Assembly: GCA_964016885.1 (NCBI GenBank)
Contig: OZ024753.1
Coordinates: 33,356,001-33,420,000, forward strand
Origin: Eledone cirrhosa
Taxonomy: Eukaryota
Direction: 5' to 3'
Length of the DNA stretch: 64,000 nucleotides
How positions within the stretch are numbered: position 1 is the stretch's first letter; every line of letters starts with the position of its first letter. The notes beneath the pieces were generated by a model, which made no database searches, was not told the origin of the DNA, and saw only the letters and a program-made list of their open reading frames with translations. Below are positions 14,305 through 26,000 of this stretch, in pieces. A program made the translations under genes and the position numbers.

Positions 14305-15814
14305 GCACTCAGAACAATGAGACACCAATCTACATGTCTTGACATTCAAATGATTCAGAGCTGCAGTGCCAAAAAGCTTTTTGGTCATCTATTTGAAGCT
14401 GCATCTTACATCATACATTTTATTAATGCATAATTCCATAAAAACAAAATATACAAGAGAAAAATTTCTTTGTATTACTAGTTTGACTTCTTGTAATTTA
14501 AATAATACATATTTTTCATTACTTTTTTTATGAAAGTTTTAAAATTTGAAAAACTTTCTTTCCTCACAATAAGGTTAAAATATGCAATTTGTATGTATTC
14601 ATAAAAGTTTTTATCAGAAAATTCACTTGTCATAGACATACAATATCACTAACAAATACACTTATTCATATTTATTTTGTAAAAATATATTCAATTACCT
14701 ACAATTTGATGCATAACACAAAGTGCTTTATTCGTGTCATCAGGTACTTTTTAACAGTCATTATGAAAGAATGGTATGTTGTATAACTAAAATTTGATAT
14801 GATAGAAATAAAAATTAATGTAAATTGGGGATTTCAGCACCCTTAGATTAGTTGCAGACAAGTCTCAGATATAAGTCAACAAAAACTGAGTTTCATTTTA
14901 GCAACAGAACTTTGAAGTTCTGTGCACCTATAGATGTTACCATTGAGGGAAAAATAATCGTATAAATGAGCTTTTTATTGAATCTTGTAACAATTGTTAG
15001 GGCTTTTTGGTTTTTGTTATCACACTTTCTGTTCTGAGTTTAAATCTTGCCATGGTCAACTTCGATTTTCATTCTTTCAGGGTCGATAAATAAAGTATCA
15101 GTCGAGGAACAATGAAATGTTAGAATTATTAAAGTGTTAGATAGGATGGCTTGTAGCAGTATCTGTTCTATGTTTACATTCTGAGTTCAAATCCTGCAAC
15201 CTGTAATCAGAAAAGCAGTGATGCTTTTGCCAAGTTACAAGTAAAAGACAGGATTTGCAATGAAAAGATTAATCGAAGCATAATATATGTAGTCCAATCT
15301 GGAAGATCAGCTTCTTTCTTCTTTGTTTTTATGTAAAAGTTAAAGAATGAAAGCAAACTGTCCAATAATTCAGTTAATACACACACTTGGAGAGAGAGTG
15401 GGGGAGAAGCTATCAAAAGAAAATCTCAAATCTTATATTTGAGGAAAGCTTAAAATATGAAGTTCAGTGTTGCATGGAGCTGAATTGTCTCCAGTATGTG
15501 ATTGGCAATTATTTTGTTAAATATGAAAGGATGTATAACAAACATCACATGGTGTGATTTTAAATTAGAAATGCAAGCATGAATGAATAGTTAAGACATT
15601 CATTTAACAGCCATATAGTTCTGCTTTCAATCTCATTGTATGGCATCTTGAGCAGGTGCCTTTTACCATAGATTTGGATTGATTCAAGCTTTTTGAATGA
15701 AATCAGGTAGATGGAAATTGTTTAGAAGCCCATCATATGGACTATAACCATAATTTAAGAGGTCAGCATTGCCACATTTTGTCACAATATCTCTATATGA
15801 GAATTAGGTTAACA

Positions 15815-16020
15815 GTACTATGAGCATGTGGTTAGAATGTCTCAGGAAAGAATCCCATTTTATGTGCAAACCCAACCGGAAGGTGACCCAGGGGTAGACC
15901 CCGAGGAAGATGGTTGGATAACATCTATAACCTTAGCTGGTCTTGCTTGGAGACAGTTGCTTCTGACTGGAGCCACAGGAAGAAGTGTTTGAGGACTCTG
16001 CTAACTGAGAGGGCTAAGAA
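15815..16020 (+). pseudogene. RTE-type LINE 3' remnant
   Basis: Translates with stops and frameshifts to HVVRMSQERIP...PTGR*PRGRPRGRWLDNI, typical of the RTE ORF C-terminus. Confidence 0.6.
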
Positions 16021-16321
16021 GAAGAGAAGTACATGTACTTAGCCTCTTACATGTTAATTTCATGAGTAGATTGTTCTGTTGATCAAAAAAGTACAACATC
16101 TATCATCAAATGTAATAAAAGTGTCTCGGGATTTTATCATTTTCAACTGTTCTGCCAACATTTTCATCTCTATAAAAATATGGACTGACAAAATGTTAAA
16201 AGAAAATACAACTATAAATGGTTCTCAAATGAAACAGCCAACAAGAATGTGTGTATGTATGTGTATCTGTGTGCATGACAGAAATTATAAGAGAGAGAGA
16301 GAGAGAGATAGATAGATACAC

Positions 16322-16352
<31 letters not shown>

Positions 16353-16389
16353 CATTTCCATGCATACTGACAGGCGTGCAAGTATACAG

Positions 16390-16541
16390 AGAGAGAGAGG
16401 GGGTGAGAGAGAAGTAGGGGAGAGAGAGAGTGAGAGAGTGAGAGAGAGAGAGAGTGAGTGAGTGAGAGAGTGTGTGAGAGAGAGTGAGTGAGTGAGAGAG
16501 AGAAAGTGAGTGAGAGAAAGTGAGTGAGAGAAAGTGAGTGA

Positions 16542-16579
<38 letters not shown>

Positions 16580-16590
16580 CTGAGAGGGAG
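16390..16590. repeat. (GA)n/(GAGT)n microsatellite
   Basis: Directly visible. Confidence 0.95.
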
Positions 16591-17365
16591 ACTGGAAGTA
16601 AAACAAATGAATAAACAGACATACAGGTAGTGACTAAAAAATAAATTGTAATATGTTTGGGAGTGTTTGAAGATGAAATGAACAAAAAGTCTTCAAAACA
16701 GATTAATATTCTGAATTATAAAACACATACATACACAAAAGACAACAAAAAAAACCCCCCACACACACAAAAAAGCCACACACACACATACACAAAGATA
16801 ACAAAAAAAACCCCACACACACACACAAAATGGAAAGACAAAAAAATATGATTTATTCATGAAAGATGTAGAAAAAGAATTCTAACAACAATATAACATA
16901 TTTCATCTTCAGACTCTTGATAAACCATTTAGAATTAATGATAATATTTTAAATGTTAATAGATATTTTGATTATGAAGAAAAAAAATGTAGAAATTGCT
17001 GTGTGATTCTATCTATATTTCTGTGTTTTGTACAACTTTGTTTCAAAAGATATAGCTACTATAATGGAGGAGTGGAAAATTGCAGCAGTATAACTAATCG
17101 AAAGTTAGTTAAATATATTCTTTGCTTTGTCATGTTTCAGAGTTCAAATTTCCCACTGGATATTGAATTGCAATCTTTAATCATATTGATGAGATGAAAG
17201 TGAATCTAATTAATAATAAGTACTAATTGAATTCAATGTAATAAACCAAACATATATTTACTGTAGTAGTAGTAGTGGTGGTGGTGGTGGTAGATGTAAT
17301 GACAAAGGTAATGTTGAATACAGAGGGACTACTCTAAATAAATGAGTGTGTATATATATATATAT

Positions 17366-17678
17366 AATATAAGATCAAAAGATGGTTGAAAGAGTTCCAA
17401 GTATTTTATTATGCGCATTTCAAAAACAAATATCATCATGGGATGATATCTGCGTTCTCATCAGATAAAATAGGGAGACATGATATGAAGCTTAAAAAAC
17501 ACTTGTGAGCAGTGAAGTTTTAAATCATCCCATGATGATATTTGTTTTTTAAATGCGCATAATAAAATGCTTGGAACTCTTTTAACCATCTTTTGATCTT
17601 ATATTATTTATACTCCAGTCCTATAAACTGTAGAGTGCTACTTATCCGATATTTGCATTGCTTTATTGTGCTACCTCC

Positions 17679-17682
<4 letters not shown>
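17366..17682 (+). mobile_element. hammerhead-bearing fold-back element, family 1 (Penelope pLTR/retrozyme-like)
   Basis: Inverted arms (AAGATCAAAAGATGG...CCATCTTTTGATCTT) flanked by (TA)n on both sides; homologous to 44676-45100 and 62975-63256. Confidence 0.8.
17402..17472 (-). ncRNA. type I hammerhead ribozyme, family 1 (intact)
   Basis: Minus strand: TATTTTAT-CTGATGA-GAACGCAGATATCATCCCATGATGATATTTGTTTTT-GAAA-TGCGCA-TA-ATAAAATA; perfect 8-bp stem I, long stem II, palindromic stem III. Confidence 0.85.
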
Positions 17683-17716
<34 letters not shown>

Positions 17717-17852
17717 GGTTAAACAAGGTTCAATGAATAAATCAATGAATAAAGTTTCACAATAGATTAGAAGCACTCCACAGTGAGGGTTTCTGGAGTT
17801 ATTAATATTACTTAAAAATATTAATAAATATAGACATTCATGTGATCAAATA

Positions 17853-17918
17853 TATTTTATGATACATATTTCAGAAGCACTGAGCTATTTCAACAGTATG
17901 TACTCATCAGATAAAATA
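17853..17918 (-). ncRNA. type I hammerhead ribozyme, family 2
   Basis: TATTTTAT-CTGATGA-GTACATACTGTTGAAATAGCTCAGTGCTTCT-GAAA-TATGTA-TC-ATAAAATA. Confidence 0.8.
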
Positions 17919-18016
17919 AATTGCTGCTTGACATACCTTGACTATGTTGATGGTTATAATTCAGTCATGGCTGAATTATAACCATCACCATAGTTAAGGT
18001 ATGTCAAGCACCAACT

Positions 18017-18082
18017 TATTTTATCTGATAAGGATGTACTGTTGAAATAGCTCAGTGCCTCTGAAATATGTATAATAAAATA
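18017..18082 (+). ncRNA. hammerhead motif, family 2, opposite arm (core mutated to CTGATAA)
   Basis: TATTTTAT-CTGATAA-GGATGTACTG...CAGTGCCTCT-GAAA-TATGTA-TA-ATAAAATA. Confidence 0.65.
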
Positions 18083-18159
18083 TATTTGATCACATCAATG
18101 TCTATATTTATTAATATATATATATATTTATATTTATATATATATATATTTATATATAT

Positions 18160-18620
18160 TACACCTCTCCAAGACAATGTCACTGGACCGAGATCTTTGG
18201 CGGTACTCAGTAATAGAGAAGACCCGCCTTGCCTAAATACAAAGTAAACCTACTACAGTCAGTAGGCATCTCTAACAAAATACGCCCCCGTGACACCACC
18301 CTCACCCCATCCACACCGCCCCTTTCAATGTAAAGTTACGTTGGTGCCACAACATCCAGGCCGAAACAAATGAGATCGTGTAGGTGTCATGACAAAAATA
18401 CACACAGTCCACGCTGTAATGTGGCCGTGTAGGCAACACGGTAAAAACCTCCCAGTCCCACACTGTAAATGTGGTTGGTGTTAGGAAGGGCATCCAGCTG
18501 TAAAAAACCCGCTAGACAGTCCTATGCGAGCAAGACAACCACTCTTGCCTCAAGTGGGAAAACTCCCGTCCAAACCCATGCAAGCGTGGAACATGGACGT
18601 TAAACGATGATGATGATGAT
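18160..18620 (+). mobile_element. RTE-group LINE, 5'-truncated 3' end with (GAT)n tail
   Basis: Matches the ORF end at 33475-33550 (HLSKTMSLDRDLWRYSVIEKTRL) and the 3' UTR of 19965-20370; ends CATGCAAGCGTGGAACATGGACGTTAAAC(GAT)n. Confidence 0.9.
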
Positions 18621-18676
18621 ATATATGTATTTAAAACAAACCGAGGTTTCCTATTAAGGTCTTTATTGATTATACA

Positions 18677-18762
18677 TAGTTATGACCACTTCACAGATGT
18701 GTTGCTCGGGATCTATATAAATGCTATAGACCTAACTCCAATCCGATCTGCTCATCAGACAA
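18677..18762 (-). ncRNA. degenerate hammerhead motif
   Basis: Minus strand: TTGT-CTGATGA-GCAGAT...ATCTGT-GAAG-TGGTCA-TA-ACTA; GAAA is mutated to GAAG. Confidence 0.5.
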
Positions 18763-18981
18763 GTTAAGCAAGCAAAGTCAAAACCATAAGAATTTGATGT
18801 GTACAACATTCAGTACACCCATCTTCACATAATAGGCTAAATTCATTGAGTTATTCTATTGAGCTATCTCTCTTTGTTAACTTTATTATTTATGGAAATT
18901 ACCATTGGCTAAAACTATACCTAATTCTTTTTCTATGTGTTACTATGTAATTTCTGATTTGCAAACAAGTTAAGACTATAT

Positions 18982-19019
18982 TATGCTGACGAGGTCTAAC
19001 AGACAGAAACATGTACACA
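18982..19019 (+). ncRNA. minimal type I hammerhead ribozyme motif
   Basis: TATG-CTGACGA-GGTCTAACAGACA-GAAA-CATG-TA-CACA; CATG palindromic stem III, as in Penelope minimal hammerheads. Confidence 0.7.
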
Positions 19020-19379
19020 GTTGCCCCTTGCTTCCAACAAAAATGATATCCTTCTATTCATAGGATGTTAAATTATACAGGATTTTATTCCTGATTGTTT
19101 TAAATTACCATCTCTTCTCTTGGAGCACCTAATAATAGCCTTTGGGTGTTTTGTTCATCATCTCCCATAAATAGGAATAATTTTAAAAAATAATGAATTT
19201 AATTTATACAACATTCATTATTAACCGTTGGATTATATAGCATATTTAACACAGGATCATCAAAAATTGAAAGTGGTTTATCTATGTGAGATGTTTGCAG
19301 GGCGATGTTTAACAAACTTGAACCACAGTAGAATATACGTTGAAAAAACACACCGTCACTGTATGAATTCACATGCACA

Positions 19380-19722
19380 GTCGTTACATTGACGACTGTA
19401 TCGGAGCCACGACCCTCACCCGAGTACAGCTCGACTCCTTTCTCTCCTTCTTCTGCTCCTTCCACCCCTCCCTCCACTTCACCACCTCTATCTCCACCAC
19501 CCACGTCCACTTCTTAGACATCTCCGTCGCCTTCGACCCCTCCCACCACTCCTTCAAACCCACCGACTCCCTCTCTTACCTCGACTTCACCTCTTCCCAC
19601 CCCACCCACACTAAACTCTCCATTCCCTACTCCCAACTTCTCAGGATCCGCCGCCTCTGTAGCCGTGATGCTGACTTCGAGTCCCAGGCCCTTTCCCTAG
19701 TCAGCCATTTCATCCGCAGAGG

Positions 19723-19726
<4 letters not shown>
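19380..19726 (+). pseudogene. Penelope-like element reverse transcriptase fragment
   Basis: RYIDD catalytic motif, FHPSLHFT, FLD, KPTD..YLDFTSSHP..K.SIPYSQLLRIRRLCS...F.RRGY, the characteristic PLE RT C-terminal/thumb region; runs into (TA)n. Confidence 0.9.
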
Positions 19727-19757
<31 letters not shown>

Positions 19758-19964
19758 GTCTTGCATCCTGGAAACAAGTTAAATCAACTGAAAAAGTTAA
19801 ATCAACATTTGCAATTTTATAATGTTTAATTTATGAGAAATAAACTAGGGAGAGATTTTCTATAGCTTGAGCTGATCGAAGATTTTAATTTTAGGTGTGT
19901 GTGTGTGTATTATCATCGCCGTTTTACGTCCATTCTTCCACACGAGCATGGGTATATATACACA

Positions 19965-21297
19965 TCATCATCATCATCATCGTTTAACGTCCATTTTCCA
20001 CGCTAGCATGGGTCTGGACGGGAATTATCCCACTTGAGGCAAGATTGGTTGTCTTGCTCAGGACTGTCTGGCGGGTTTTCTACGGCTGGGTGCCCTTCCC
20101 AATACCAACCACGTTTACAGTGTATACTGGGAGGTTTTTACCGTGTTACCTACACGGCCACATGACAGCGTGGACTGTGTGTTTTTTTTGTTGTGACACC
20201 TACACGACCTCATTTGTTTCGGACTGGATGTTGTGGTACCAACATAACTTCGCATTTAAGGGGGTGGTGTGGATGGGGTGGAGGTAGTGGGACGGGGGTG
20301 TATTTTGTTAGAGGTGCCTACTGACTGTAGGCAAGGAGGGTCTTCTGTATAACTGTGTAGTGCCAAAGATCTCAGTCCAGTGACACTGTCTTGGAGAGGT
20401 GTAAGTGTGTGAGGTTGGAATTTATCAAGTCATCCCAGGTTTTTCTGAGTCTGCCTACTCCGTGGCTACCGTCTATTTTTATCGCCCTGAACTTTTTTAT
20501 ACAGCTGTCGTCTTTCATGCGCATCACGTGACCGTACCAACGTAGTCTTCTTTCGAGTAAACAACATCTGATCCCTCTTATTCCTAATTTCTCCCTTAGT
20601 TCGTTTATGCTTTGCCGTTCACGCATATTACTATTACACATCCAGCGGAGCATGCAAGCTTCGTTCCTCTCCAGTCTGTGTATATCCTCTGCACACAATG
20701 CCCAGGTCTCACTGCCATGTAACATTGCTGTTCATATGCAAGCATCATACAGCCTGCCTTTCATTTTTAGAGAGAACCCTTTAGCGGCCAATAGTGGTAT
20801 AAGCTCTCTGAACTTTTTCCATCCCGTTCTGACTCTAGCTTCTGTACTTTCAGAGCACCCTCCCCCACTGCTGATTTTGTCACCCAGGTAACGGAAGCTG
20901 TCCACTATTTCTATAGAACCATCTGTGCAATGGAATGAGCTAGTATTCTGTGGGCACTTGCTGCTACTTATTGCACCAGAGCACCGGCCACATATAAAAT
21001 CTATATTCTTAGTTAGCTTACCTGTGATCCCACTACATCTTTTATGCACCCATACTTTGCATTTGGAACATAAAATGGAGTTTCTGCCTACTCCTTTCCT
21101 ACACACTGAGCATGGCCATTTCCCAGATGGGACCGGTGCCCTATTTTCCTTCCTACAAACTAGAACTTTAGTCTTAGACCAGTTAGCTTTAAGGCCTTTT
21201 GATTCTAGGCCATGCTTCCATGTTTGGAATTTCTTCTCTAGTTCCGTCATTGATTCAGCTATGAGCGTTAGATCATCTGCGTATAGGAGTTCCCATG
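19965..21297 (-). mobile_element. RTE-group LINE, 5'-truncated at WELLYADD
   Basis: ORFs 20732-21358 and 20372-20725 are split by a CGA>TGA stop; highly similar to 33475-34445; has the 3' UTR and (GAT)n tail. Confidence 0.93.
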
Positions 21298-22164
21298 TGC
21301 GTGTATTTCTGAACATTGATATACACACACATATATATATATATATATACTCACTCACAGATATATACTCCTACAGAAACAAGTACACAGATAGGCTTAG
21401 ACTACGTTACTTTAAGATAGTTGGAAATAAAATTTCAAGTAAAGCAATTTGTGTGTGTGTGTGTTGTGTTTTTTGTTTGTTTGTTTTTTTCTTTTAATAC
21501 AGAATGTAATCGAAATTGGCAGCAAACTTGAGCAACACCAATTTTACACTAGAAAATCACTTTGGTGTTTCCATAAAGTCAACAAATAAGCGATAGTAAG
21601 AACATGTAATTATTTACTTAATAGAAAATTGAGAAAAAAAAATCTTGAGGAAAATAATACAAAATACAAAAGAAAAAAAAAAGAGAAAATTAGTCTTAAT
21701 CTTTATATTTTTTGTTATCACTTTTATTCAAATTTATTGTCTTTTATTTTTTATTTACCTCATCCCGGCTTTTTCTTTATCTAAAAGTAAAAATTGATGG
21801 CAAATCCCCCAAAAAAGTACACCGAGAAAATGAGAAATTATGTATTTTTTCTAAGTATTGATAAAAAATAAATAGATGAATAAAAAATAAAGCAAAAGCT
21901 ATGCAGCATCATTATCTTCCACAATCCTTTCTAGGAAAGGGGAAATAGTGATGGCAGAATTCTTTGAGAATATGACAAAATGCTTTGTTGAATTTGTTCT
22001 GCTTCTCCGAGTTCAAATCCTGCTACTGAGGTCAACTATGTCTTTCATCCTTTCAGATGAAAGATTGGCAGAATTGTTAGAGCTTTACATGAGATGCCTT
22101 GAGGTAAATATTCTAGCACTTTAATGTTCTGTGTTCCCTGATGAGCAGACTTAATCTGTTACCC

Positions 22165-22420
22165 AGTTTAACACCATCAGTTCTTGGCTGCCTTGAAGGC
22201 TGTTTACATTGTTGTGAGGCTCTATGATTCACTATGCCTCACAATAACCACACTACACCAGATATTCCTCCTCGATACACATGCACACATGAGTGTGTGT
22301 GTGTCTATATCATGACTCATACACTTCCTTTACATTTGTACATTATTCTATGTACTATACATGCACCCTCGATGAATTGTAGTGCACCTGAACACTGTAC
22401 ACAATTTTCATTATTATTTA
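22165..22420 (+). mobile_element. CR1/L2-type LINE 3' end remnant
   Basis: Inverted homologue of 48985-49240. Confidence 0.55.
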
Positions 22421-24543
22421 TAAGGGAGGCAGTTTCTTGTGGGATTCAAAATCTACTTGTTAACATAGTTTAGTTGATAATAATTATCTCACTATGATGC
22501 ACACCACTATTATTTTACTTTTATTTTATAACATATATATTGTTAAATCAAAAAAAGGATTTGTAATATTTTCGGCCAAGAGCAATATGCATAATTAAGA
22601 ATAAAAGGAGTAAACAGAAATAACCCAATAGGTAAAATAGCATGAATTTAGCCAATTAAGTGAAGGTGGGGTGTACTGAATCTTGTACACAGCTATTTTT
22701 TTTATTTTGTATTCTACCACCTGAGTGTCAAGATAAAAACAAATTACCTTGAGGCAATTGTTATTGACTCGAAAGATATATCTTTCAGATTTAACAAGTG
22801 ACATTGGTGAGGACTTGGCTAAGTTGTGATATATGATTGAGTGTGGTTTTTGTTGTCAAATTTCATTTGGAAATTATATATTTTTGTAAGTCATTAATTG
22901 TAAATTATCATTAACAATATTTGTAATTTGAAATAAATTTGTCGTTGGCGTATTTAAAAAAAAAAGTTTAAAATATAAAATAAAAAATATTTAAAAAAAA
23001 TATGTATAAATATATTTGTTTTAAATATATTAGTTTTTTTTTTTTCTGAAACCACTTAATCAGAAATAGAAATTAAAAAATGTAAAACATTTCATGGAAT
23101 TAGATATTTTCCAAATTAATATAATGTCATTACCTTGAAATTTAGGATTACTAACAGATATTCTGAGTTATAGATGTGATTTAGCACTTTTTCTAACAGG
23201 GTTAGATCTTCATTGCTTGAAATTTATTTGCTTATCACATTAACAAATGGAATTTCTTGGCCTAAAACTTACATTTATATTAATCATTTGCTTTTTACAC
23301 TGAAATATTTTCTTGATTATCAAAAACCATCATTAAAAGAATTTTGAGATTAAAAACTTTTAATGTTTAGACTTACCTGACACCTGCATATCATTTCATT
23401 TAAGCCTTTGAACTAAACATATTTCAACATGAACTCACCTGCAAAAGAAAAAAAACAAAAAAAAACATATATATATATATACATACATCCACTTGCGCAC
23501 ACAAAATCTATACACACAACCATATATGTGTGCAACTTTGCTATAATACTATGTACTCCTTCTTTTGATAAACCAACTATTTACTTACCAGCGTAATGAT
23601 TGTTTCCCTCTCCCACACTCTCTCTCTCACACACACACTCTCTTTCTCTCTCTCTCACACACACACACACTCTCTCTCTCTCTCTCTCCCCTCTTTTTTG
23701 ATGAATACATTATATTGTTATTTGTTTGCATGCTCGATTTTTTTTGTCCTTATTAAAAGACATTCTTTTTGTCCTCTGTTTCTATGTTGTGTTGTCTCTT
23801 ATACAACTCTGCATCTTTCTAATGATTTGCTGTGTTCAATATTGTGCAACACCACCCTTATAAACGAAATTGTAAAACCTTTCTTCACTTATAAATACTT
23901 CATGCACAGGCATCACTTGATCTAAATATATTTCACGAGTGTTGTCTGAGCATGGCTGGTCATAGCCAAAAAAGGCTTTTTTTCGCTGCAGCATATGCAA
24001 AAAGGAATGTAAGTCCTTGGCAAGATTAAGAGACCAAGTTTGTGCCGCCCATGTGTGAGAGAAGGATGAAGTGAGAGCAATTCTTGAAATCATGTGCTGC
24101 AAACATTTACCTCACTCTCATATATATATCATCATCATTTTACATCCATTCTTCCATGCTGTGTGTGTGTATATATAGAGAAAGAGGTGTATATATATGT
24201 ATGCAATAAATCAGCAATTTGTTCATTCTTTCATAATTTCTAAACTAATACATGTGTTATATTCTCTATAAAAATTTACAGTTCACCTGTTTTAATTAAT
24301 TTGAAGAACTCTGCACCTTTCACTACGATGTCAAGGTTCAATGACTTTTTCCTCAGAGTATCTTTCTACGCCATCTTAATTGTACTCTTCACATGATATA
24401 TAATCGTTTTACCATCTTCTCACTAGCTTCTTTCTATTGATCTCCAGTTGATCACTGCTTACACCTCCCAGACAGGACCAGAGATCAGGTTGCTTCTCAG
24501 ATATACCAACCAATGTATTGTAGTACAAAGATCTTTCAGAAAA

Positions 24544-24603
<60 letters not shown>

Positions 24604-25166
24604 GTTTCAGTGAACACTCAAAACCGATTATATTGTATTATATTACATTATATTTGTGATAGTATTAAGTCATCCAGACAAGCAGTCAATTTTACTGCTG
24701 TTTATTGATGGAAACAGGAATGGTTATTGAATTGAGTAGAAATTGAATACATACATATGAAGAGGGGGAGGATCTTAACTACAATCACTAGAAAGCAGAA
24801 AGGTTGGGTTGGGTTGGATTGGATTGGAAAAATGTAAGAAACGCTTGGAGGTGAGACAGAAAAACTCCAAACTAAACATTGCGTGCCAATAAATTTAAGT
24901 GCAAAGATTAAAGCTAATAAGATAAGTAATAAATAAGTAGATAACATAGAAATAAATAAATATATCATATATATATCATTATCATCAGTGTTTAATATCA
25001 GTTTTTCCTCACGTGCATAGGTTAAAGAGATTGTCATGTGATAAATAGGCGAAACTTCAGAGTAACAAAACTCTCTTTTTAGCTTTAATATAAATGAATA
25101 TTAAAACTACTTCGGTATTGAGTACTCCTTTCTCTCAGCCGTCAACCACTTATGATTATATATATA

Positions 25167-25345
25167 TATAGGAAAATGTTTAACCCCGACGGCAGAGCTC
25201 AAGCTGTTTCAATGGCTAGTTCTGGAGTCCAGAAATAGCCGTCAAAACGGCTTGAGCTCTGCCGTCGGGGTTAAACATTTTCTTATTACCCACTCTACTA
25301 CCCTAAGTATTGAGTACTCTGGTGTGTTATAGTCCATCTGGTTCC
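25167..25345 (+). mobile_element. fold-back element family 3 with 3' half of a hammerhead
   Basis: Palindrome of about 120 bp at 25167-25286 plus tail, flanked by (TA)n; homologous to 62764-62960; contains (G)AAA-CGGC-TTGAGCTCT-GCCG-TC. Confidence 0.75.
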
Positions 25346-26000
25346 TTACCACACCTCCTTCATTATATATATATATATATATATATGGGGGGATGGTATG
25401 TGTGTGTGTGTTGTTTCGTTCTTTTAATTTTAGATGATGATGTGTTAACCATATCAATTTCACCAGTCTGCAAGAGTCTAACCGTTTATGATTAATGCCC
25501 CTCCCCCCTTCACTAATTGATGAACAAAATTCTTTTTTTATTGTTTTCTTCTTCATCCATCCACATATTCCTGAATGTGCCATGGGAGCAGAGTCCTCAG
25601 TCTCTAGAGGGTCCTATCAGGAGCACCAGTCTCCAAATAATCTGTCAGGGTCTCAGAATCAAACCAACCAAGACTTTGAATGTTAATCAATGATCTTGCA
25701 TGTGCTCTAGCTCTCTTGATAGTTAGTTTTACCTTTAAATTCTGTCCACCAATTCTTTTCTTAGACAGTTTTATTGTATTTATATTAAACATCAATGCTG
25801 TATGTATCTAGTTTAGAATACATACATGATATCCCTGCATGTCATAAGAAGTGGCTAAAATGTTTGACACCAGGAAGGGTGTCTAGCTATAAAATATAAC
25901 CTCCAAAAGAATTCCAAGATGAGTATGAAATCTGTTTTTTAAAAAATGGTCAAAATGACCTGAAAATGCATGTTATATAAAATTATAATTATATACCATT

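Larger units (their letters stand above)
17712..18118 (-). mobile_element. hammerhead-bearing fold-back element, family 2
   Basis: Palindrome of about 300 bp (17817-18118) centred at 17967/8, plus a unique tail at 17712-17816; (TA)n on both sides. Confidence 0.8.

Noticed and set aside
22138-22160. CTGATGA-GCAGA-CTTAA-TCTGT, a hammerhead 5' half
   Set aside because: No GAAA or stem III follows; at most a truncated fragment.
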